This document shows, piece after piece, positions 9,105 to 17,942 of a stretch of DNA of 41,462 nt. The notes under the pieces were generated by a model that was given only the letters and a program-made list of their open reading frames with translations, had not been told where the DNA came from and made no database searches. Within the stretch, counting starts at the first letter, position 1; each line of letters begins with the position of its first letter. Position numbers and translations under genes: made by a program. Source of the stretch: Bacteroidota bacterium (GTDB taxonomy: Bacteria; Bacteroidota; Bacteroidia; Palsa-948); the NCBI GenBank assembly GCA_004297845.1, contig SCSP01000390.1:1-41462 (forward strand), read 5' to 3'.

Positions 9105-9431
9105 ATGCCGGATAAAAAAATATTCAAACTCCATGCTGAAGTTTGCAAGGCATTAGCCCATGCTTTAAGAATTGAAGTAATAGACTTACTTCAGGGAGGA
9201 GAATCGTGCTTTACTGACATTTTGGAAGAAACCGGAGGGTTGAAATCAAATCTTTCACAACACTTATCCATAATGGTTAAGTGCGGAATTCTTAAAGTAA
9301 GAAAAGATAGCCGGTGTAATTATTATTCCCTTTCATCTTCTAAAGTGGCCAAAGCCTGTTCACTTATGCGTGAAGTATTGATTGAAAATCTGAAAAAAGA
9401 ACAGAAACTTCATAAAGAACTTTTAAAATGA
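9105..9431 (+). CDS. ArsR/SmtB-family regulator heading the sulfur operon
   Basis: CKALAHALRIEVID and KSNLSQHLSIM HTH; five Cys including one in the alpha5 region (VAKAC). Confidence 0.9.
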   Translation: MPDKKIFKLHAEVCKALAHALRIEVIDLLQGGESCFTDILEETGGLKSNLSQHLSIMVKCGILKVRKDSRCNYYSLSSSKVAKACSLMREVLIENLKKEQKLHKELLK

Positions 9432-10612
9432 ATAAAACAATTTTGATATTAGGTGGAGGATGGGGCGGTTTAACCGCAGCTCATGCCCTGCGGGGAATGT
9501 TAGCTTCCGAATATCGTATTGCTGTAATTGAAAAGAGACAATCGTTTGTTTTCTATCCTTCATTTATCCGTGCCATTATCGGGGAAAAAACAGATTTGAA
9601 TTATATAGAGAGTCCTCTGAAAAAACTATTGCGAAAAGACATTGAGGTTATTAATGAAGAAGTAATTCGCATCAATCCGGAAACACGAACTGTTTACACC
9701 AATTCCCAAACCATACCATGCGATTTTATCATAATTGCTATGGGAGCAGAATTATATCCTGATATTATTCCGGGGTTCAATGGGTTTTGCCTCAATCTTT
9801 ACGATACCCAAGGAGCTTTTGAGATACATCAAAAACTAAAAAACTTCACAAAAGGGAAGATTGCCTTTTTGATTGCACGCACTCCTTTCCGTTGTCCTCC
9901 GGCTCCTTATGAAGCAGCCTTGTTAACAGAATCGTTCATGAGAAAAAAGGGAGTACGTCAGGATGTTGAAATTTCAATTTATACACCCGAAAAACAACCA
10001 ATGCCGGTGGCGGGTCAGCAAATAGGTGAAGCGTTCAATCAGATATTGAAAGCACATAATATTAATTATTATCCTGAGCATAGCGTTACAAAAATTGAGG
10101 GTGATTCAAATAAAATGCTATTTGCAAATAATACGGAAACAAATTACGACCTTCTTGTTGGAGTACCGCCTCATGGTGCGCCAAAATCAATTGCTGACTC
10201 GGCTTTAACTGATTCCACAGGATATATTCCTGTTCATCCGCAAACCATGCAAATAATAGATAAAGCAGATGAACTTACAACACGCTATCCGGGCGTATTT
10301 GCAATTGGCGATGTTGCTGCTATCCGATTGCTGAATGGTGCTTTGCTTCCGAAAGGCGGAGTGTTTGCGGAAGAACAGGCGCATGTTGTTGCAAGAAACA
10401 TTGTTTCACAAATTAAGGGTGAAAAAACATCTGATGCCTTTAATGGCAAGGGTATTTGTTATGTGGATGTTGGGGATGACATGGCTGCCGAAGGCTCAGG
10501 TGATTTTTATGCTTATCCTGCCCCTCACGTAAATCTTGAAATGCCTTCTAAAGAAAGCAGAAAAGCAAAGCACGAGTTTGAACGAATTTTTGAATTGTGG
10601 TTCAAAAAATAA
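9428..10612 (+). CDS. sqr: Sulfide:quinone oxidoreductase-like FAD flavoprotein (type III/SqrC-like)
   Basis: GGGWGG Rossmann fold, PFRCPPAPYE and GICYVDVG Cys pair, VFAIGD, LPKGGVFA, short aromatic C-terminal helix. Confidence 0.8.
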   Translation: MNKTILILGGGWGGLTAAHALRGMLASEYRIAVIEKRQSFVFYPSFIRAIIGEKTDLNYIESPLKKLLRKDIEVINEEVIRINPETRTVYTNSQTIPCDFIIIAMGAELYPDIIPGFNGFCLNLYDTQGAFEIHQKLKNFTKGKIAFLIARTPFRCPPAPYEAALLTESFMRKKGVRQDVEISIYTPEKQPMPVAGQQIGEAFNQILKAHNINYYPEHSVTKIEGDSNKMLFANNTETNYDLLVGVPPHGAPKSIADSALTDSTGYIPVHPQTMQIIDKADELTTRYPGVFAIGDVAAIRLLNGALLPKGGVFAEEQAHVVARNIVSQIKGEKTSDAFNGKGICYVDVGDDMAAEGSGDFYAYPAPHVNLEMPSKESRKAKHEFERIFELWFKK

Positions 10613-10640
10613 ATTTTAATAACAACGAAAAAAAATATCT

Positions 10641-11372
10641 ATGAAAATATTCGTTAAAACAGTTGTTGCAATTATCCTGTTGAGCAGTTGTAACAATAAT
10701 CAGGCACAACAATCAGGTTCGGTCATAGAAAATGTGGATGCAAAAAAATTTAAAGAACTTGTTGATGCCGGCAAAGGAATTATTCTGGACGTGAGAACTC
10801 CGGAGGAAGTTGCAGATGGACATATCAACAATGCAAGCACCATCAATTTATACGATGATGATTTTAATACTAAAATTAACTTAATGCAAAAAGACAAAGA
10901 AATATATGTGTATTGCAGATCAGGCGGCAGAAGCTCGGAAGCGGCTGAACTGCTGGAGAAAAACGGCTTCAGCAAAGTATATAATTTAAAGGGCGGAATT
11001 TCTGCGTGGGAAAACAACGGCTTCCCTATTGTCAAACCCAATATCACAAAAGATGAAAAAATTCAGAAAATAACTTTAGCTGATTTCAAAACATTGCTGG
11101 CAACCGACAAGCCTGTTTTAGTTGATTTTCATACAATATGGTGTTCTCCGTGCAGAAAGATGGTTCCGATTATTGATGGAATTGAAGGAACATACAAAGA
11201 CAAAGCTGTGGTAATGAGGATTGATATTGATAAAAGCAAAGAGCTTGGTGCTGCTTACAAAATTCAGGGTGTCCCTGTGTTTGTTCTTTTTAGAAATGGA
11301 AAAGAAATATGGAAACACAACGGGATGATTTCAGAAGAAGAATTAAAAAAACAAATTGAAAATAATTTATAA
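10641..11372 (+). CDS. Lipoprotein with fused rhodanese and thioredoxin domains
   Basis: LLSSC lipobox; LDVRTPEE..GHI and active loop YCRSGGRS; thioredoxin WCSPC and GVPV. Confidence 0.88.
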   Translation: MKIFVKTVVAIILLSSCNNNQAQQSGSVIENVDAKKFKELVDAGKGIILDVRTPEEVADGHINNASTINLYDDDFNTKINLMQKDKEIYVYCRSGGRSSEAAELLEKNGFSKVYNLKGGISAWENNGFPIVKPNITKDEKIQKITLADFKTLLATDKPVLVDFHTIWCSPCRKMVPIIDGIEGTYKDKAVVMRIDIDKSKELGAAYKIQGVPVFVLFRNGKEIWKHNGMISEEELKKQIENNL

Positions 11373-11408
11373 TTGCGTTCATATTACTATCAATAAAAAC
11401 ATACAGCA

Positions 11409-12086
11409 ATGAAAACCAAAGCAATCATTTTAGCAACAATTCCGACAATAGTAATTACCATCAATCAGTTTATCGGGACGAAAAACTTTTATCATCCCGA
11501 ATTTATGGAAGCTCATAGCTTATCGTCATTGAGAATTAGCAGTGCATATGCTTATCCGCCAGCAGTGGGTATTCTGAGCAATTCAAAAAACTGCATCAGT
11601 TGTCATGCAAATAATGGTCAGTGGAAAGATGACAGTAAAACTATCATTGATGTTCTGGACAAAGACACCAAAAAATCCTTCAAACAATCTGATGGAACAT
11701 TTTTGATTGAAATAAAAAAAGGCGAACAAAAAACAGTGCTTACCGTAATCGGAAGAAAAAAAGACAACTCTATTTCTGCGCCTCATCGCAATGCATGGCT
11801 CTATATTGACCCGACAACCATCGGAACAAATTCGCTTTCAAAATTTGCTCCCGGTTGGGACGTAAATCTCCCGATGTCTTGTCGTTTAGTTGGCGATAAA
11901 CTTCCGGGTTATGAAGATGCTGACATCACAAGTTTGCCTATGACCATTCAGCCATTAATCAACGCAAAGGATGCCGAAATGCAGTTGCAGGTGATGTTGA
12001 CTAAAGGCGAAAGCGTGAAAGGCAATGCACAAGAAGGAATGAGCGGAAATTATTTTGAACGAAAAGTAAAATTAGCAGTGAAATGA
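11409..12086 (+). CDS. Hypothetical exported protein with a single CxxCH (possible monoheme c-type cytochrome)
   Basis: N-terminal hydrophobic stretch, AYA-YPP possible cleavage site, NCISCHANNG, distal PMSC/LPM. Confidence 0.55.
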   Translation: MKTKAIILATIPTIVITINQFIGTKNFYHPEFMEAHSLSSLRISSAYAYPPAVGILSNSKNCISCHANNGQWKDDSKTIIDVLDKDTKKSFKQSDGTFLIEIKKGEQKTVLTVIGRKKDNSISAPHRNAWLYIDPTTIGTNSLSKFAPGWDVNLPMSCRLVGDKLPGYEDADITSLPMTIQPLINAKDAEMQLQVMLTKGESVKGNAQEGMSGNYFERKVKLAVK

Positions 12087-12745
12087 CAATCACGGAAACA
12101 GCATCCCGAAACAAGTTCGGGACAAGTTTTGACAAGTACGCTTTGGAATATGATAAGTGGTTTGATAAACACGAAAATCAGTATCAATCCGAAATTCTTG
12201 CCTTGAGAGAAGCCATTCCGAAAGATAAAATTGGAATTGAAATAGGAGTTGGAACGGGCAGATTTGCACAACCGCTAAACATAACATCCGGAATTGAGCC
12301 AAGCGCGAACATGATACAACTTGCGGAGCAAAGGGGGATAAAAGTGTTCAGAGCAGTAGCCGAAAATTTGCCGATAGAAAATGACTCTTATGATTTTGCT
12401 TTAATGGTAACAACCGTTTGTTTTCTCAATAATATTCCAAAAGCATTTTCAGAAATTCATCGGATATTAAAACCCAACGGAGAAATCATTATTGGCTTGA
12501 TTGACAAAAACAGCGAACTCGGGAAAAAATACAGGCAGCAGAAAAACACAAATAAGTTTTACAAGACGGCACACTTTCATTCCACTTCCGAAATCACCGA
12601 ACTGTTATCCAATTCAGGTTTCGGAAAATTTTCTTTTTGGCAAACACTTACTCCTGAAAATGGAAATATAATTGAACAGCCACAATCAGGTTTCGGCAAA
12701 GGAAGCTTCGTAGTTATTAAATCAATTAAAACTCTAAAAACATAA
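12083..12745 (+). CDS. Class I SAM-dependent methyltransferase (Methyltransf_11-like)
   Basis: IEIGVGTGRF, AENLP..DSYDFA, HRILKPNG. Confidence 0.9.
   Translation: MTITETASRNKFGTSFDKYALEYDKWFDKHENQYQSEILALREAIPKDKIGIEIGVGTGRFAQPLNITSGIEPSANMIQLAEQRGIKVFRAVAENLPIENDSYDFALMVTTVCFLNNIPKAFSEIHRILKPNGEIIIGLIDKNSELGKKYRQQKNTNKFYKTAHFHSTSEITELLSNSGFGKFSFWQTLTPENGNIIEQPQSGFGKGSFVVIKSIKTLKT
12104..12122. repeat. REP-like hairpin TCCCGAA-ACAAG-TTCGGGA inside the methyltransferase N-terminus
   Basis: Perfect 7-bp stem with ACAAG loop; resembles the CCCGAACTTGTTTCGGGA-type repeats I recall from Bacteroidota (not verified). Confidence 0.5.
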
Positions 12746-12749
12746 GATC

Positions 12750-13106
12750 GTGAATAAAATTTTAATCTTAATAAACGATGCTCCTTATGGAACAGAAAAA
12801 GCATACAATGCTTTACGCTTGGCAAATCAACTTGGGAAAGACCACGAAACGGTTGAAGTCAGAATTTTTCTGATGGCTGATGCAGTCGTTTGTGCCATTG
12901 CCAATCAAACAACTCCAAACGGCTATTACAACATTGAGCGAATGTTGAAACTTGCCATCACAAAAAATGCCAAAGTAAAAATATGCGGAAGTTGTGCCGA
13001 AGCAAGAGGACTGAAAAATATTCCACTTGTTGAAGGCACAGAGATTAGCACAATGGCTGAATTTACTAATTGGGTGGTGGATAGCGACAAGGTTTTAACC
13101 TTTTAA
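12750..13106 (+). CDS. DsrE/DsrF/YchN-family sulfur-relay protein
   Basis: INDAPYGTEKAYNALRLA, FLMADAV, CGSCAEARG, WVVDSDKVLTF; GTG start. Confidence 0.9.
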   Translation: MNKILILINDAPYGTEKAYNALRLANQLGKDHETVEVRIFLMADAVVCAIANQTTPNGYYNIERMLKLAITKNAKVKICGSCAEARGLKNIPLVEGTEISTMAEFTNWVVDSDKVLTF

Positions 13107-13217
13107 GTTACTGTTCAGTCGTAATTTTTCGTGTGTATTTTTTTTGTATTTTTTAGCGTTTTGGTGGCAATGTAAAAAGACAATATCATAAAACGGGACC
13201 GAACGGTAACGAAAAAA

Positions 13218-13282
13218 TGATATTTATCATATTGTCGAATGATTCTATTCATGCCTCTGTTTTCAATTTCAAGTCATCTTTA
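13218..13282 (+). promoter_or_regulatory. Tandem TGA-N6-TCA boxes (13218-13229, 13240-13251) plus -7-like CATCTTTA (13275-13282) upstream of the mlaE operon
   Basis: TGATATTTATCA-N10-TGATTCTATTCA-N23-CATCTTTA. Confidence 0.72.
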
Positions 13283-13294
13283 CGGATAATTGCC

Positions 13295-14068
13295 ATGGTG
13301 GTAAGCGCAGATATATGGAAGAGTTTTCTTTCTGAAACGGGAGATATTGCTCGCTTTACAGGAAGATTTTTTACTGAGTTTCCGAGACCCCGATATGAAT
13401 TTGGTGAATTTCTTCGTCAGGCCTTTTATATAGGTTATAAATCCTTGCCCCTCGTTGCTATTACTGCATTTATCATGGGTCTGGTCATTACCATTCAATC
13501 CCGGCCCACATTAGTTGAATTTGGAGCAGAGGCATGGCTCCCGAAAATGGTTTCTATTTCCCTCATCCGGGAGATCGCGCCTGTCATTACGGCTCTTATC
13601 TGTGCAGGAAAGATTGGTTCCGGAATTGGCGCTGAACTGGGATCCATGAAAGTGACCGAGCAGATTGATGCCATGGAGGTTTCGGGAACAAATCCATATA
13701 AATACCTGGTGGTAACAAGAGTGATGGCAACCACGCTTACCATCCCTATTCTGGCGGTGCTTGCCGATACAGTTTCCCTGTACGGAGGATTTTTAGGAGC
13801 AAACATACGTGGGGTGGTGAGTTGGGACCTGTTTTGGAACCAGGTATTTGACACGCTCGTATTCGGAGACGTACTGCCCTCCATTCTCAAAACGTTTTTT
13901 TTCGGATTCGCGATCGGTATTATAGGATGCTATAAAGGATATAACTCGAATAAAGGAACGGAAGGAGTTGGGCGTTCGGCAAATTCAGCAGTTGTCATCT
14001 CCTCGCTGCTGGTCTTTGTGATTGACCTGATAGCAGTGCAGATAACGGATCTCTTACAGCTCAATTGA
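13295..14068 (+). CDS. mlaE: MlaE/YrbE-family ABC permease
   Basis: REIAPVITALICAGKIGSGIGAELGSMKVTEQIDAMEV. Start moved to ATG 13295 because the longer ORF starts inside the promoter boxes. Confidence 0.92.
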   Translation: MVVSADIWKSFLSETGDIARFTGRFFTEFPRPRYEFGEFLRQAFYIGYKSLPLVAITAFIMGLVITIQSRPTLVEFGAEAWLPKMVSISLIREIAPVITALICAGKIGSGIGAELGSMKVTEQIDAMEVSGTNPYKYLVVTRVMATTLTIPILAVLADTVSLYGGFLGANIRGVVSWDLFWNQVFDTLVFGDVLPSILKTFFFGFAIGIIGCYKGYNSNKGTEGVGRSANSAVVISSLLVFVIDLIAVQITDLLQLN

Positions 14069-14069
14069 T

Positions 14070-14846
14070 ATGTTCGCAGAAACAGAAACAGCAAGCGTGA
14101 AAAATGTAAACAGGAAGATGGATTCTGTCATTCATGTAGAGAAGTTGAACAAATCATTCGGAAATAATCATATACTCCACAATTTCGATTTCGATCTCTT
14201 AAAAGGAGAAAATGTGGTCGTGCTGGGAAAATCAGGATCCGGGAAATCCGTCCTTATTAAATGCATTATCGGATTGATGAACCCTGATTCCGGATCGGTC
14301 AATGTGCTGGGAAAAGAGATACCGGAACTTAACCACCAGGAACTTGACAGGATACGCGTGAAGGTCGGATTCCTTTTCCAGAGCAACGCGCTGTATGATT
14401 CCATGACGGTGAGAGAAAACCTGGAGTTCCCCTTGAGGAGGCATTGGATTCAAAAGAACAAAGAAACAGTGAACGATCTGGTGATGGAAGCGCTCACCAA
14501 TGTTGGCCTTGCCGAGACTGTTGACATGATGCCATCCGAGCTTTCGGGCGGAATGAGAAAAAGAATAGCGCTTGCGAGGACATTAATCCTTAAACCCGAA
14601 ATTATACTGTACGATGAACCTACCACCGGTCTTGACCCGATTACGGGGAAAGAAATTTCAACGCTCATGCTGGAAGTGCAGAAAAAATACAATACATCTT
14701 CTGTTATCATTTCTCATGATATAAATTGTGTGAAGCTGGTGAGCAACCGTGTAGTAATGCTTATTGACGGAATATGCTATGCGTCCGGAACCTATGATGA
14801 ATTAAAAGTATCCACAGATAAAAAAATTCATAAATTCTTTGAATGA
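14070..14846 (+). CDS. mlaF: MlaF/Mkl-family ABC ATPase
   Basis: Walker A GKSGSGKS, LSGGMRKR, YDEPTTGLDP. Confidence 0.93.
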   Translation: MFAETETASVKNVNRKMDSVIHVEKLNKSFGNNHILHNFDFDLLKGENVVVLGKSGSGKSVLIKCIIGLMNPDSGSVNVLGKEIPELNHQELDRIRVKVGFLFQSNALYDSMTVRENLEFPLRRHWIQKNKETVNDLVMEALTNVGLAETVDMMPSELSGGMRKRIALARTLILKPEIILYDEPTTGLDPITGKEISTLMLEVQKKYNTSSVIISHDINCVKLVSNRVVMLIDGICYASGTYDELKVSTDKKIHKFFE

Positions 14847-14847
14847 T

Positions 14848-15801
14848 ATGGCAAACGAAACATTCAGAAATATCCGGCTGGGGGCGTTTGTTATCATCGG
14901 AACAGTATTTTTGATTGCTGCGCTTTACCTGATCGGCAATAAGCAGAACCTTTTCGGGAACACCTTCCGCATCAGCGCAAAATTTTACAACGTAGGCGGG
15001 CTTATGGCAGGCAATAATGTACGTTTTGCGGGAATAGATGTCGGGACTGTTGAAAGGGTGGAAATTGTGAACGACTCATCAGTGAATGTGGTGATGGTAA
15101 TAGAAAAAGATATTCAGTCATTCATTAAGAAGAATGCAATTGCAAGTGTTGGTACTGACGGCTTGATGGGAAACAGACTGATCAATATAAATTCAGCAAG
15201 GAATCATGCTGAATCTGTGGAAGAGGGCGATGAGTTGCAGACACTGCGCCCTATTGAGCAGGATGAGATGGTGCGTACGCTCAACGAAACAAACGAGAAT
15301 ATGAAAGCCATCACTTCCAACCTGCGTACCATCACGGACAGGATCAACAGCAAGAACACGATGTGGTCGCTCCTGATGGATACAGTGATTGCGGACAACG
15401 TGAAGGCAGCAATTGTGAGCGTTAAGATTGCCAGTAATTCCAGTGCAGTACTCACAGGAAACCTTAAAAGCATATCTGAAGATATCAGGAATGGAAAAGG
15501 CAGCCTGGGTGCCTTAATCACCGATACAACACTGTCTGGAAAAATCCGGCAGATTATTGTGAAGCTTGACGGGGTGAGTGATACGGCTGCGTTTATCACA
15601 GGAGATTTTTCAAGGATATCCAAACGACTTGAGCAGGGGCAGGGTTCTGTTGGAGTACTTCTGAAGGATACCTCATTCATTCATCACCTCAACACAAGCA
15701 TTAACAATATTAATAAAGGAACGATTATTCTCAATGAAGACCTTGAAGCCCTCCGGCATTCATGGCCGTTTAAAAAATATTTTAAGAAGAAGAAAAAATA
15801 A
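14848..15801 (+). CDS. mlaD: MlaD/MCE-domain protein with helical extension
   Basis: N-terminal [38 protein letters not shown] repeats. Confidence 0.9.
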   Translation: MANETFRNIRLGAFVIIGTVFLIAALYLIGNKQNLFGNTFRISAKFYNVGGLMAGNNVRFAGIDVGTVERVEIVNDSSVNVVMVIEKDIQSFIKKNAIASVGTDGLMGNRLININSARNHAESVEEGDELQTLRPIEQDEMVRTLNETNENMKAITSNLRTITDRINSKNTMWSLLMDTVIADNVKAAIVSVKIASNSSAVLTGNLKSISEDIRNGKGSLGALITDTTLSGKIRQIIVKLDGVSDTAAFITGDFSRISKRLEQGQGSVGVLLKDTSFIHHLNTSINNINKGTIILNEDLEALRHSWPFKKYFKKKKK

Positions 15802-15808
15802 AATTAAG

Positions 15809-16744
15809 ATGGATTTTAAAGATTATTATAAAATTCTGAATATAGATCGTAAAGCCTCTGCGGATGAGATCAAGAAAGCGTATCGTAAGATTGCCGTTAA
15901 ATATCATCCCGATAAAAATCCCAATAACAAGTCCGCAGAAGAAAAATTCAAGGAGGCAAATGAGGCGCACGAAGTTTTGGGCAATGAGGAGAAAAGAAAA
16001 AAATATGATGAACTGGGTGAGAACTGGAACCAGTACAGGCAACAAGGAGGCAACGAAGGAAATTTTGACTGGTCAAAATGGCAAAATGCGGGAGGAGGGC
16101 AACAACGCACCTATACTTCGGGAGAAGATATGTTTGGCAATGAAGGCGACTTTTCCGATTTTTTTGCAAATATTTTTGGCGGCACACAAGGCCGAAGAAC
16201 AAAACAACCGAGAAAAGGCAATGATTATGAATCGGAGTTAAATATTTCGCTTGAAGAAGCCTATTCAGGAACTACGCGTCAGCTTGAAACGAATGGGGAA
16301 AAACTGCAGATAAAAATAAAGCCGGGGGTGAAAGAAGGGCAAATTCTCAGGTTGAAAGGAAAGGGAGGTCGGGGATTGAATAACGGACCCAGAGGAGATG
16401 TTTTTATCAGGATTCATGTGGAAAATCATCCCCATTTTGACCGTAAGAACGATGATCTCTATTGTGATATCCCGGTTGAACTATACACGGCTGTTCTCGG
16501 AGGCAAAACGCTCATCCGTACACTGAAAGGAAATATACGGATTGATATCGCCCAAGAAACACAAAGCGGAAAAGTGCTGCGCCTCAAAGGAATGGGAATT
16601 CCAAAGTTTGACAAGGAGAATGAATTTGGAGACTTGTATGCAAAAGTGAAGCTGATAATCCCTAAAAATCTGTCTGACGAAGAAAAGGAATTATTCAAAA
16701 AACTTTCGGCATTAAGAAATTCAGAGTCTGTAAGTAAATATTAA
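15809..16744 (+). CDS. cbpA: DnaJ-class co-chaperone (CbpA-like, no Zn finger)
   Basis: MDFKDYY J-domain with HPD, G/F region, DnaJ_C ([11 protein letters not shown]). Confidence 0.88.
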   Translation: MDFKDYYKILNIDRKASADEIKKAYRKIAVKYHPDKNPNNKSAEEKFKEANEAHEVLGNEEKRKKYDELGENWNQYRQQGGNEGNFDWSKWQNAGGGQQRTYTSGEDMFGNEGDFSDFFANIFGGTQGRRTKQPRKGNDYESELNISLEEAYSGTTRQLETNGEKLQIKIKPGVKEGQILRLKGKGGRGLNNGPRGDVFIRIHVENHPHFDRKNDDLYCDIPVELYTAVLGGKTLIRTLKGNIRIDIAQETQSGKVLRLKGMGIPKFDKENEFGDLYAKVKLIIPKNLSDEEKELFKKLSALRNSESVSKY

Positions 16745-16749
16745 AACCT

Positions 16750-17046
16750 ATGTCTAAATTCAGCGAACTTATTAATTCAGATCAACCGGTGCTGGTTGAC
16801 TTTTTTGCAGAGTGGTGCGGTCCTTGTAAAACAATGGTTCCCATTCTTAAAGAAGTTGCTTCGCAGGTAGAAGGTAAGGCAAGAATAATAAAAGTGGATA
16901 TAGACAAGAATCCCGCTGCTGCTTCAGCATATGGAGTGCGATCAGTTCCAACACTCATACTTTTCAAAATGGGAAAGATAATGTGGCAGCAGCCAGGGGT
17001 TACGGATGCCTTTAAACTTGTAGGGATCATTTCTCAATATGAATAA
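16750..17046 (+). CDS. trxA: Thioredoxin
   Basis: VDFFAEWCGPCK, SVPTL. Confidence 0.93.
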   Translation: MSKFSELINSDQPVLVDFFAEWCGPCKTMVPILKEVASQVEGKARIIKVDIDKNPAAASAYGVRSVPTLILFKMGKIMWQQPGVTDAFKLVGIISQYE

Positions 17047-17078
17047 ATAATAAAACCAACAATTAATAATAAACAAAT

Positions 17079-17474
17079 ATGAAAACAACAAAACGACTGG
17101 GCATCTGGATGGATCATTCAGCTGCCAATCTGATGGATGCAAATTATGAGGCAATTGTTACAAAAACAATCCAATCTGACTTTACCCGTCAGGAGAGGGA
17201 TCGTACCTTAACGAAAGGAGAGCACATGATGCATAACACAGAGCAGCAGGGACATCACGCGTATTACAAAAAAATCGGAGAGGTAATAAAGCAGTATGAT
17301 GTGGTGGTTTTATTTGGTCCTACACACGCTAAGGATGAACTGGCAAACTTGTTGAGGGCAGACCATCATTTTGAAAAAATAAAAATTAATGTGAAGCATG
17401 CGGATAAAATGACGGAGAACCAGCAGCATGCTTTTGTGAAGGACTATTTTAAGCATCTGCTGGAAACCAATTAA
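17079..17474 (+). CDS. Hypothetical protein with aeRF1/pelota middle-domain-like (baeRF/host-attachment-like) features
   Basis: GIWMDH..A strand, then YYKKI..I..YD.VVLFGP..AK.EL and KMTENQ; family assignment from memory. Confidence 0.6.
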   Translation: MKTTKRLGIWMDHSAANLMDANYEAIVTKTIQSDFTRQERDRTLTKGEHMMHNTEQQGHHAYYKKIGEVIKQYDVVVLFGPTHAKDELANLLRADHHFEKIKINVKHADKMTENQQHAFVKDYFKHLLETN

Positions 17475-17491
17475 ATCTAATAAAGTGCTCT

Positions 17492-17941
17492 ATGAAAAAA
17501 AAGGAAATTAGTGTTTTTGAAAAACTTTCCGGGTATTCAACTTTTTTCACCGGAACTACAACAGCCTTTATTCTTGCGTTGTCAGTTATTGTTGCCTGGC
17601 TGATTACTGGTCCTTTCTTTAATTTTTCAAACACATGGCAACTTGTTGTAAATACAGGAACAACTATTATTACTTTTTTAATGGTGTTTCTTATTCAACG
17701 GATGCAGAATAAAGATTCGCGTGCAATACATCTTAAGCTAAATGAACTTGTTGCTTCGCTGAATGGTCCCAGCAACCGCCTGATTGATGTGGAGGATTTA
17801 ACCGAAGAAGAACTGGAAACCCTCAGCAAGTATTACAGGGAACTTGCAATAATGGCAAAGAAAGAAAAAGATCTTTCCGTTTCTCATTCTATCGAAGAGG
17901 CGGAAAAATTGCATCATGCAAAACATCATAAAAATCATTAA
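17492..17941 (+). CDS. Low-affinity iron permease (Fet4-like) family membrane protein
   Basis: W.ITGP.F.FSNTWQLVVNTGTTIITFLMVFLIQ..QNKD..AIHLKLNEL. Confidence 0.88.
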   Translation: MKKKEISVFEKLSGYSTFFTGTTTAFILALSVIVAWLITGPFFNFSNTWQLVVNTGTTIITFLMVFLIQRMQNKDSRAIHLKLNELVASLNGPSNRLIDVEDLTEEELETLSKYYRELAIMAKKEKDLSVSHSIEEAEKLHHAKHHKNH

Positions 17942-17942
17942 G

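Noticed and set aside
13120-13172. T-rich stretch ending TTTAGCGTTTTGGTGGCAA after dsrE, possibly a repeat remnant or terminator
   Set aside because: No convincing stem and no second copy in the window.
13217-13294. Long N-terminal extensions in the ORF track (also 8941, 15734, 17916, 20454, 20479, 36936)
   Set aside because: They run through promoter/operator elements, overlap upstream genes or add only non-homologous residues; downstream ATGs match the family N-termini.
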